Assembly: GCF_001194135.2 (NCBI RefSeq)
Contig: NC_068994.1
Coordinates: 39,568,466-39,632,465 of the forward strand
DNA: 64,000 nucleotides
Direction: 5' to 3'
Source of the DNA: Octopus bimaculoides
Taxonomy: Eukaryota
Part shown: one piece after another, positions 53,326 to 64,000 of the stretch
How the letters are laid out: every line of letters starts with the position of its first letter
Position numbering within the stretch: the first letter of the stretch is position 1
Program-made: the position numbers and the translations under genes
The notes under the pieces: model-generated
Database searches by the model: none
The model's input: the letters and a program-made list of their open reading frames with translations, nothing else
What the model was told of the DNA's origin: nothing

Positions 53326-54829
53326 ACACTTATGTTATACACACATTTATACATATCCTTACATTCACATGTATGTATGTATATATGTATGTATGTGTGT
53401 ATGTGTGTGCGTGTGTATGTGCACGTATGCATGCTTGCACATGAGTCTTTGCATCTGTGTTTGCCACCTCCCAGCAACACTTGATCTGTTGGTTTGTTTA
53501 CATCCTGACAACTTCGCTGTTCAGCAAAAGAGGTTGATAAAATAAGTACCAGATTTAATAGTACTGTCAAGGTTGTGGGATCTGTTTGACTAAAATAAAA
53601 CCCTTCAATATGGTGGCCCAGTGTGGTCACAATCCAATGGTTGAAACAACTAAACGATCAACAAATAAAGGATCATTTTATAATCTTCTAAATAAAGGAC
53701 CAAACAGTTTCCTCCCTTATAGGTCTGTAACTAGTTGAACAAGAAGACATAAAACAAATCCTTTCTACCTGTTAACTTGTCTTATTTTGCAGATAAACTC
53801 ATCACAAAGCATGAGTACATGAGGGTAGTTACTATGTGGTTGGTTGTTTTTACTAGAAATGGAAGTTAAAGAAGGATAATATACTGGAACATGGAGCATA
53901 GATTATTGAAAATAGATAAAAGCAGGTTGGTCATGGTTGGAACTCCTTTGATCAGGGATTTGCTGGAACAGGTAAACAAGAAATTTTCTAAATATTTGCT
54001 TGAAATAATAGTTAAATACTGTTAAATAAAAATCTACTGTTTTTATAAAAAATGGACAGATTAGATAATGTGGTTCTTAATATACAAAACAATAATCCTT
54101 TCTATTATAAGCATAAAGTCTGAAATTTTGTGGGAGGGGGCTAGTCAATTATATTGACTCCAGTTCTTGACTGGTACTTATTTTATTGAAAATATAGATG
54201 TGCTCAATTAGGGCTCTCCTGTTAGTAAAGTACTTCCTCTTTACTTTACTAAGTCATATCATTTTTCTGTCTCTCACATCATCTGCCAATCTCTTAACTT
54301 TCCTTCCTTAATAGTGACACTGCATATTTATTCAATTCCTTTCCTTATTAATTTTACCTATTCACTTCTTTTAACCTCTGCCTACCAATACTTGACCACT
54401 CTGAAAAAGCAACTCTGCCCCAAACATCACGCTTATTCATTCACAGCAGCAATCAAACTAGTTGACATGGTCAATTTTTTCTTTTTAAACTTATTCACTG
54501 TTCACTTGCTGTGCATATTCTATGTACCGTTCATGCAGTTTTGGTTACTTTTTCTGAGGAGTTGTAGCACACCTGAGCACTGTAAGTTCATCATTATTAT
54601 TTTCATTAAATTCACATGAATTTTATCCATGAAATATGTTGGACAACCAACCATTACACTTGCAAGTGAGTAGAGCTTGGTAGTATGTACCATGCTTCCA
54701 CTGACAGTTTTAGGCACTTATGAAGTCATGAGTGGACATAGGCACCCTGTAGGTCCCTTCACTTTTAATCCAGTACAATAAACAAAGTATAGCAGGTGGA
54801 GGGAGAGAAGACTATAGAAGCACTTAGTT

Positions 54830-55060
54830 CAGTGCTTCTCAACTGGGCCCCATGTGATCCTTGCAGGTCCACATAAGATTTTGTTGTCAAAATTTATGTA
54901 CAATGAATTAGCTACACTATTACAATACACAAAATATTTTAACAAATTTTTTTTATACAGTTCCTAATGATTTTTAAAAACATTGAATGGCTAGGAGGTT
55001 CCAGCAGAATAAAATAGAAATCAAAGAGGTCCATAGGCAAAAAATGGTTGAGAAACACTG
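54830..55060. mobile_element. hAT-like MITE; related longer copy at 51661-51996
   Basis: TIR CAGTGCTTCTCAAC / GTTGAGAAACACTG. The 8-bp flanks ACTTAGTT and GTTTAGCT match at 5 of 8 positions, consistent with a decayed TSD. Confidence 0.7.
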
Positions 55061-55567
55061 GTTTAGCTGGCACTCATCACAGTCAAGTAGACAAGAGCAA
55101 TGTGAAATGAAGTTCCTTACTCAAGGAACTGAACCTCCAAACTTAGGTTCATAAGCTGAACATCTTAACTATCGAGTGGGGATGTCTCTTTATGTACCTT
55201 TACAATTAGTTTTAAGCTGTCTAATAAAGCCAAAATATTATCAGGAGTTATCTTCCATACCCCATTCTTGCCCAAATGATTAAATTTATGTTAGCCATTA
55301 AACAGCTGTTCCTTCTCCCTCTACATGCCACATATTTATTAGTTGATAAGTTGTTAAATATATTTACTTCTAATTAACTATTCTAAAAGATTTTAGATGT
55401 CCTCTTTTTATCCTGCCGTTCTCTTAGAATTAAACATGAATTGAAGCATGTCTGTGTTTATGTGGCTAACAATTTCAGTTTGTTACCACATGTTTCTGGA
55501 TTAATTACCCACTAGTAGCATCTTGACCAAGGAGTTTCTTGTGTCAACAATATGTGGAATTTGTGTG

Positions 55568-55606
<39 letters not shown>

Positions 55607-56037
55607 TTAGAGAGGTGCGTTCTGTGAGACTTAGTGAATTAGTAAGTTGAGCACTACACTGAACATAATTCATTAGATATGTTAGCTGACATTAGTGCCA
55701 GTGATACTTCTTATAGAATAGTGATACTTAAGCTGGGTAGCAGTGCTCCCTCCCATTCAAGATGTCATGATCTGACTATACAGTTGTAAAGTCAAGTGGG
55801 TGGTACAGGGGGCGCTGAGTGTTCAGGGTTGTGATTCTACATAGAAAGGAAATATTTAAATCAGGTAAAATATTTATTTTAAGCACATATTCAAAAGTAT
55901 ATTTTGTTGATATTAGAATATTAAGTTCAACAATGTGTTAGCAGTGAACAGAATCATTAATGATGATGCACCAAGGTCCAATATGATTTTGTGTATAGGC
56001 GTAGGTGTGGCCATATAGGTGGGGATGTGGCTATATA

Positions 56038-56465
56038 GGCGCAGGAGTGGCTGTCTGGTAAGTAGCTTGTTTACCAACCACATTGTTCCAGGTTCAGCCC
56101 TACTGCATGGTACCTTGGGCATGTGTCTTCTACTATAGCCTTGGGCCGACCAAAGCCTTGTAAGTGGATTTGGTAGACAGAAACTGAAAGAAGCCCGTCG
56201 TATATATGTATGTATATATATATATATATATGTATATATATGTATGTGTGTGTATATGCTTGTGTGTCTGTGTTTGCCTCCCCCCCCCTAACATCATTTG
56301 ACAACTGATGCTGGTGTGTTTACGTCCCTGTAACTTAGTGGCTCAGCAAAAGAGAAGATAAAATAAGTACTAGGCTTACAAAGAATAAGTCTTGGGGTCG
56401 ATTTGCTCGAGTAAAGGCGGTGCTCCAGCATGGCCACAGTCAAATGACTGAAACAAGTAAAAGAG
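56038..56465 (+). mobile_element. Full-length tRNA-derived SINE, dominant family of the window
   Basis: Head GGCGCAGGAGTGGCTGTCTGGTAAG (A box-like) and GGTTCAGCCC (B box-like), an internal (TA/TG)n tract, and a tail ending GACTGAAACAAGTAAAAGAG. More than 20 full or partial copies occur in the window. Confidence 0.9.
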
Positions 56466-58594
56466 AGCACCTAAATCAGACCATAGGGGTAACATACAAA
56501 AATATTTTGAACTAGTAATAATAACAATACTCTCATGGCTTCTGATTTTATCTGATTGCAAGTGTCATCATGTACATGTTTTGTCTTGGTATAGAAGATG
56601 GGCTACAGCAGATATTTTGCTCAATACCACACATTTGTTTGTCAGTTGTTTGACCTTAACCAGTTTAGTATGTCTTTTAGTGGTTGATGATATGAACATC
56701 TCTGATGACGAGCAGAAGCAGTGGGGAACATCATAGCCATGTGTTAAGGGGCGTTCTTCAAGGTTTGAATAATTCACCCCTGGAAACATGGGTGTTTCAT
56801 TCAACATCCTAAAACAACCCTTATTCGAAGATCTTTTGAGTAGGCTGGGCTATTTGACCTGAAGAAAATTCTAACTGGGTCCCACCTGCCTGCAAGTTTA
56901 TGTGCTGTTTATCTTGATATGTGATCACCATGTCACACACAAATGATTGTGATGCATGTGCCTGGTGTACCTTTATCAGACATTGTAGTCACAATAGATA
57001 TACTGGGCTTCATATATTTTACCCCAGTGTCATTTTGATGGCATACATTGCTCTCTCACTCAATAATAATTGTAATAATAATAATAATAATAATAATAAT
57101 TAGAAGAAGAAGAAGAAGAAGAATGTAAGCAGATAACAATTAACACTGATAAATAACAAAGACTCCATGTTAAAATTTAACATGTTATAAACTAATACAT
57201 TATTTAAGTTATAGAATTCTGTTTATGCTTTTACAGTTTTGTTTGACAAAATTTACTTTAAAGTTTAAGAAATATTACACACTGGGGTTAAATAAAATGA
57301 AAACTATTCCAATATAAAATACACAAAAATGTAATTAATATGGCAGTGAGTGCAAAATGATTGTCATCAAATTAATTTCAAGATACACGTACTTGATTAT
57401 ATTAAAACATAATAACAAATTTGTTGCATTACAGTTATATAAGCTTATTCCTTGCATTGTAAATTTGATATGAATGATTCCAGATATAATGTTATTTTAT
57501 ATGAATGACTCTTTGCTTAATGTTGCATGAGTAATTTTTGATTTTAAACAGTTTATGATGAACTCATTGTAGAGCAAATTTTATGTAAATCACACCAGTA
57601 TGGCTTAGGCTCATGATCGTAAAGTTGTGAGTTAGATACATGGTGGTTCATTGTGTCTTTGAGCAGGACACTTTATTTCACATCGCTCCCATTCATTCAC
57701 CTGGCAAAAATGCGTTGTACCAGTAATTTCAAAAGGGCCAATCCTGTCACGTTCCGTGTCATGTTGAATCTCCCTGAGAACTACATTAAGGGCACACATG
57801 TCTGTGGAATGCTGAACCAATTGCACAACCAATGGAGAGCCAGGCCGAGTGGTAAAGTTTATATGTATGATTCTTTTGTATAACAAAATCTATATGTATA
57901 ACTCTGCATAGTAAATTTTATGTATGACAACATGTGCAGCAACTTTTACTAAACTAATCTATGGATAGTAAATTTTTTTTTTTTTTGTAATTTGACAGTT
58001 TCAATGATATGGTAAGGTTATTTCCACAGAATCTGGTTAAGAATAATACATGGGAAAACATGGAAGTCAATGTTAGGCAAGAGCGATGTTAGTTAAATTT
58101 TTATCTCTCATCTTGATATCATTAGAGATAAATGCTGGATATTTTTAGTCCATTGGACAGGAGACACTTTTCTTATGAGCTTGAATCATAGGAGTAAAAA
58201 TACATGCACATGCGCACACACACACATCTATATACAATATATATTTATATCTACTGCTTACTATATATGGTATATTTATAGAATGAGTGAGGGTTAGTCC
58301 ACATTACTCTCTCAGGAGGATAGGGTCAATTTTCTGGTTTCTCTGGGGTACATATTCTTCCCTGGATGGGGTGCCAGTTTGTCACAGGATTACACATTTT
58401 TATCAGCTGAGTGGACTGGAACAATGTGAAATAAAGTATTTTGCTCAAGAAACCAACACATTATCCAATCCAAGAATCAAAACCACAATCCTATGATCAT
58501 GAGTCCAACACCTTAACCATTAAGTCAAGCACCTTTCACAAACTTACAGAATGTTATACCTTAAATAGAACAACCTTTAATTGTGAGCATGTCC

Positions 58595-58804
58595 AGTAAG
58601 TCCACCGTCATCAATTTATCACAGGGAAAGTTCACTGTCATCAATTTCCTTTTTTTTTTTTTTTGCAATATGATAGTTTTTAACTATTAATGGTGAAATA
58701 CTATGGATATATTTTCTTGGTAAACTTTCCTTGCAGTGAATTGATGACAATGAACTTTCCCCGCAGTGAACTGATGGCAGTGAACTGATAGCAGTGAACT
58801 TACC
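58595..58804. mobile_element. Foldback-like MITE with long TIRs built of CAGTGAACT subrepeats
   Basis: Left AGTAAGTCCACCGTCATCAATT...GGGAAAGTTCACTGTCATCAATT is an inverted match to right AATTGATGACAATGAACTTTCCCCGCAGTGAACTGATGGCAGTGAACT...GAACTTACC. Confidence 0.55.
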
Positions 58805-59144
58805 TGTAATCAATCGTGAGGCTCATATTTGAGAAAAGGTACATTCCATCATCAGTTGCAGATTTTGTAGTGTTTACAACAGAGTAGTGTTCAGTGAGAC
58901 TTTGTGACTTAATATGTTGAACAGTACATTTTTTATGAAAGGCATTTTGTACAGTAAATTTTACTTTATTAATCTATGGATAATAAATTTTTTATGAGTA
59001 TCTGTCTCTGTATATAGTAATTTGTCTATGATTGACCAACTGTATAGAAAATTTCCTGCGAGTGACTCCTTGTATTACAAACTTTATATGAGCATTATTT
59101 TGTTCATTTATCATCTGCTTATTTTTTTCATGTTTTTTTTGAAA

Positions 59145-60060
59145 GTCTCACAGAAAATACAGCACTTCAGTGAAGTTGCACATCTGCAGCAGGAGTTGGA
59201 TGCAATTTACAGATGGGCTGAGGATAATAATATGCAGTTTAATGCTGAAAAATTCCAAGCCCTGCACTACCAACGTCCAAAACTGAATATGAAACTTACA
59301 GAGTACACTGGTCCACAGGGAATTTCAATCCCAGAGCCTAAATCAGTGAGAGACCTGGGAATCGACATGAGTGATACCTCTTTCCAAGTGCACATTACCA
59401 GGATGGCAACAAAGTGCAGACGACTGGCTGGATGGATCCTGAGAACATTCAGAACCAGAGATAAGGAAACCATGATAGTCCTCTGAGGATATTCGCCCTC
59501 AGCCGCCTGAATTACTGCTCATAGCTATGGTCACCCACCAGTGTAAAATTAACAGTGGACCTTGAAGCAATTCAGAGAAGATTCACAAAGAAGATTGTCT
59601 CTTTGCAACTGCTCAGCTACTGGGAAAGGCTGAAACAGCTAAGACTCTACTCCCTGGAGAGAAAGTGGGAGAGGTATGCAGTAATATACATCTGGAAGAT
59701 CCTGGAAGGAATTGTGCCAATGCCAGAACGGGACGATACTGCATAGTGCCAAAGATCCCACCAATGCCATCGCGCTTCAGGACCAGTTACCGCAACAGTT
59801 TGGGTTTCAGGGGTCCACAGCTTTTTAATATTCTCCCAAAGAGCCTGAGGAACCTACACAAAGTAGATGTAGGGGTTTTTTAATAAAAGCTGGACCTCTT
59901 CCTGTCAAGAGTTCCAGATGAACCTACCTCACGGCAAGAGGTGCAAATGAGGGTAGCAACATCAAACTCCATTCTTCACCAAGTGCCACATATTGGAGGA
60001 GGCTCTCAGTAATAACAGTGTAGCAAAACGGCAGTGCATCACACTCAGTAATTTTATGGC
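59145..60060 (+). mobile_element. CR1/L2-group LINE 3' fragment
   Basis: LQQELDAIYRWAEDNNMQFNAEKF...VRDLGIDM...GWILRTFRTRD...DLEAIQRRFTKKI...YWERLKQLRLYSLER, across frameshifts. Confidence 0.85.
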
Positions 60061-62297
60061 ACCCCCTGATACCAATCAAAGATATTTCTTTATCCTCATG
60101 CTCAGATGGAATATCATCACATATGCTAGTTAACCTTGGATCTTGGTAGGTGTTACTAAACCTGTCAGAATACACCTGGGAAAAATAATGGTTAAGAGGT
60201 GGCCTCACACTCCCCAAAACCTTGGAACTCCTGTACTTGAGTTCCACTACTGGATGCAGTTTAAAGTCATACCCAGGACAATATATACATTCACACACAC
60301 ACACACATACATACATACATACACGAATGTAGACATGAACGTGAATGTGATTAGAAAAATACAACAGAAAGAGGATATTTATGGATCATTGATAAGGAAT
60401 TAGCAAATCCAGTACCCAAGATACACTTTCAGCTTCATACCTATTATTGTTGGAGCAACAGGATACATACCAACTCATCTGCAGCAAAGTATGACTGAGC
60501 TTGGAATCTTAGGGAAAGAATGCAATTCCTTAGTTCATAAGCTACCAAAGATCACTACATCTAGGACTATAAAAACCTGCAAGATCTTAAAATTTAAAGG
60601 ATGACAGTTAAAACAAGATACTCTCCTTCACAACCTTTCTACCAAGTAGGTGGCCAGTCAAAATTTGCTCAAAATTAACAAGAGAGATACAGACAGGCAG
60701 ACATATATATGCGTGTGTGTGTGTGAATGTGAGTACAGAAGTAACATACTTTCTTACAGTTTCCATCTACCAAGTTTACTCACAAGGCATTGATAGGTCT
60801 GGGGCTATAGAAGAAGACAATTNNNNNNNNNNNNNNNNNNNNNNNNNNNNNNNNNNNNNNNNNNNNNNNNNNNNNNNNNNNNNNNNNNNNNNNNNNNNNN
60901 NNNNNNNNNNNNNNNNNNNNNNNNNNNNNNNNNNNNNNNNNNNNNNNNNNNNNNNNNNNNNNNNNNNNNNNNNNNNNNNNNNNNNNNNNNNNNNNNNNNN
61001 NNNNNNNNNNNNNNNNNNNNNNNNNNNNNNNNNNNNNNNNNNNNNNNNNNNNNNNNNNNNNNNNNNNNNNNNNNNNNNNNNNNNNNNNNNNNNNNNNNNN
61101 NNNNNNNNNNNNNNNNNNNNNNNNNNNNNNNNNNNNNNNNNNNNNNNNNNNNNNNNNNNNNNNNNNNNNNNNNNNNNNNNNNNNNNNNNNNNNNNNNNNN
61201 NNNNNNNNNNNNNNNNNNNNNNNNNNNNNNNNNNNNNNNNNNNNNNNNNNNNNNNNNNNNNNNNNNNNNNNNNNNNNNNNNNNNNNNNNNNNNNNNNNNN
61301 NNNNNNNNNNNNNNNNNNNNNNNNNNNNNNNNNNNNNNNNNNTATATATGACAGGCATCTTTCAGTTTCCATCTACCAAATCCACTCACAAGTCTTTGGC
61401 TAGGCTGAAGTTATAGTGGTTGACATTTGTCCAAGGTGCCACACATAGCTACTGAGCCCAGAACCATGTGGTTGGGAAGCAAGCTTCTTATCATGCCTGC
61501 GCCATTTCTAGAACATTTCATATATTATACTTTATGAGTGAGTTTTGGGTGGTAAATTTTATACGAGAATCGATTTGTTGTATAGTAAATTATATGCATA
61601 ATTATTTTGTAGACTTTGAATAAAGGTCTGGAGAAGTTCCATAATATGTTCAATGACTTTCATAGATTTCTCCCTCGCGCACCACCTTAAAAGACGTTTT
61701 AGTTAAATAAATTAACCTGAATATCTATTTATTTTTCAGGTCTGCTAATTTTTCTATCAGCCTCTGTTGCTGAACTGCTAAGTTACAGGGCCATAGACAA
61801 ACTAACACAGGTTGTAAAGCAACAGTGCAGTAACAAATACAGATGCAAAGGCATACACACACATACACATACACATATACACATTCAAGCACATACACAT
61901 ATACATATGTAAATCTATGTAGATGTAATAATATTAGGGAATAAAAATTTTATTCCAACCTTACAGGCAAAAATCGGTATAATATTATACCGGGTTTCCT
62001 AATATATAATATATATATATATATGACTAATTTAGAGACGAACCACCACTCTACAACTCAGTCAACTCAGAACCCGTCCAGATCTATGCTGTGAGGCATA
62101 TACCATCTTAATATATCTAATAGTTTAATCTAAAAATTTATATTAAATAACATATTACATAAATAAATCATATAAATAAATCATAGAAATATTAATTTAA
62201 AAAATTTAAAAGTCAAATTTATAAATTGGACAGTAAAAATTAATACGATAATATACAGTATAGAAGTATAAATGTAAAAAGTTAGTGCTAGTATATA

Positions 62298-62412
62298 GAC
62301 TATACGCGTTTCATGGCTGAAATAGGACTATATAAAATCATAAGCAAATTCTATCCGAGTTCATTAGAACGGGGAAATGATTTTACTCTCAAAATCAGAC
62401 ACTCTTCAGGTC
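62298..62412 (-). ncRNA. Hammerhead-like motif with ~90-nt extended stem II
   Basis: Minus strand reads GAC-CTGAAGA-GTGTCTGA...AAAATCAT...ATGATTTT...TCAGCCAT-GAAA-CGCG-TA|TAGTC. Stem III is the palindrome ACGCGT and the triplet is GUA; stem I is offset by 2 nt. Confidence 0.45.
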
Positions 62413-62767
62413 AAATCCCTTAGAAAATACCTAGAATCATTCAAGGAATAAACATAAACATGAGAAATAAAAATATATAGAGAGAGACAAAATCTGTAAA
62501 CTATTCCCTACATTAACGGTATTAATATAATTATTAAGAGTTACAATCTAAAAATATTGAAAAAGAGTATTATAGTAAACAAGGTTAAAACATTATAGAA
62601 TAAGTAGATAATAGTAAAAAAATGTGTTAGTGTATAAAGTTACTAAAAGACGGATGTCAATATTGTTTATAAAATTAAAATTAAAATAAGAAAACATGAC
62701 TTATCTGCCGGTGGGTAACTGTAAACTAAATCAAAATGGCCGTGTTATAGAATTTATACTAAAAGGT

Positions 62768-63205
62768 CACGTGATAGATATGACGTCTATTACCCAGAAG
62801 TACCTGCGTATTATAATTTCTAAAATAATAACGAAAATATCGAAAAAGAAAATATACCTAAAATAAAAAGTTTCTTGAGGATTAAAAATACTAAAATACT
62901 TAAACTTGCAAATTAACGTAGAGTAATAACTATACACATACGAAAATTCTATATTACGTAAATAATGCTATAAAAATTAATACTGAAAAGTCATGTGATA
63001 AACATGGCGTCTATTACCAGAAGTAAGTACGTATTACAATTACTAAAATAATAACGAAAATATCGATAAAGAAAAACCTACCTAAAATAAAAAGTTTATT
63101 GAAGATTAATAATACTAAAATACTTAAAACTCTCAGATTTACGCAGAATAATAACTATACCAAATACGAAAGTTATATATTACTTAAATAATGTTATGAA
63201 ACATT
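62768..63205. repeat. Diverged 224-bp tandem duplication
   Basis: CACGTGATAGATATGACGTCTATTACC... at 62768 and CATGTGATAAACATGGCGTCTATTACC... at 62992 are collinear throughout. Confidence 0.85.
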
Positions 63206-64000
63206 GTAAAAGACTGCTTATATTATCGTTGAATACTTAAAGTAAAGGTAGTTATATGTTCCAATTTTGTATAATATTGTGATGATTAAAGTGTATTCTA
63301 AAGCTAATTTGATGTATTTTACGATACTGATAATAACTATAAGTTGGCACCTAATACTAGGTTTAAATAAATAAATTAGTTATCTAAACTTATTATATAA
63401 GTAATTTAATTTATGTCTGCATTTAATATTACATTCATCGTGGGAGTTAAATAATTTTTTTATTAGCTAATAATATCTCTTTAAATTCGTTAGTACATAA
63501 TAAGCAGAATTTATTCCCTATCCTATATGATTTAGCCTTGCAAACTATTTCTCATTTTAACTAGTATTCTATTCTTTTTGATTTAAGTTCCTAAATGTAT
63601 TTACTAAGGCCCGTAGAGTTCATTAAACTTCTGTTCTTAAAAGAATTCATAAGTTGGGCCACCCGGGATTTAATTTTATTGGAAGTCGATCCAATGTAAG
63701 TAGTATTTATGTTATCATTATTACTACAGTTATTATCCTTCAAAATCACTATACATTTATATACTACGTCCTCAACGTTACATCTATTATTAAATTTACC
63801 TTTAGTCCTATCTCTACAATTACAATCAATTATATTTTGGACTTACATGATACACACAGACCTGGGTTTCTGCATAGTAACCTGTCATCAGTGTGTGATA
63901 ATCATGAGCTAGGGATGAAAACTCATTCCACATGCAAAATGCCACTTAGTGAGATTGGACTTGAAACCTTGTGATTGCAAAGCAAGCTTCTGAAACACAA

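Larger units (their letters stand above)
61950..63650. mobile_element. AT-rich repeat, putative Penelope-like non-coding terminal region
   Basis: Contains a hammerhead-like motif and a 224-bp tandem duplication, and shares GGCC...ATTAAACTTCTGTTC with 32575-32610. No RT or GIY-YIG ORF was seen, so the class is inferred. Confidence 0.4.

Noticed and set aside
5593-61403. Long ORFs in the track (for example 5593..6342, 11348..12136, 37047..38072, 60717..61403)
   Set aside because: They run through N gaps and (TA)n/(TG)n repeats (YIYI, CVCV, HTHT) and are not real coding sequence.

Overview
This is AT-rich, repeat-dense animal genomic DNA with nine assembly gaps, most flanked by (TA)n or (GA)n. 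The SINE, RTE and MITE content and base composition look like an octopod cephalopod, but that is inference from recall and was not verified. Nearly all ORFs in the supplied track are artefacts of microsatellites, N-runs or SINEs. The only credible host coding sequence is a partial, unidentified minus-strand gene with long introns. Its exons are at 45012-44868, 23187-23146 and a terminal exon at 16036-15762, with a possible micro-exon at 47756-47724. They splice in frame and encode an acidic Ser-Gly cluster, an NPxY motif and a class I SH3-ligand motif. The rest is transposon debris: tRNA-derived SINEs, RTE and CR1/L2 LINE fragments, mariner fossils and MITEs, piggyBac-like and hAT-like MITEs, a Helitron-like element and Penelope-like AT-rich repeats. 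The most notable observations are (1) three or four Penelope-type hammerhead ribozyme motifs, two with an unusually long structured stem II, and (2) a mariner fossil interrupted by an inverted copy of neighbouring flanking DNA. I found no prokaryotic-type systems (CRISPR, operons).
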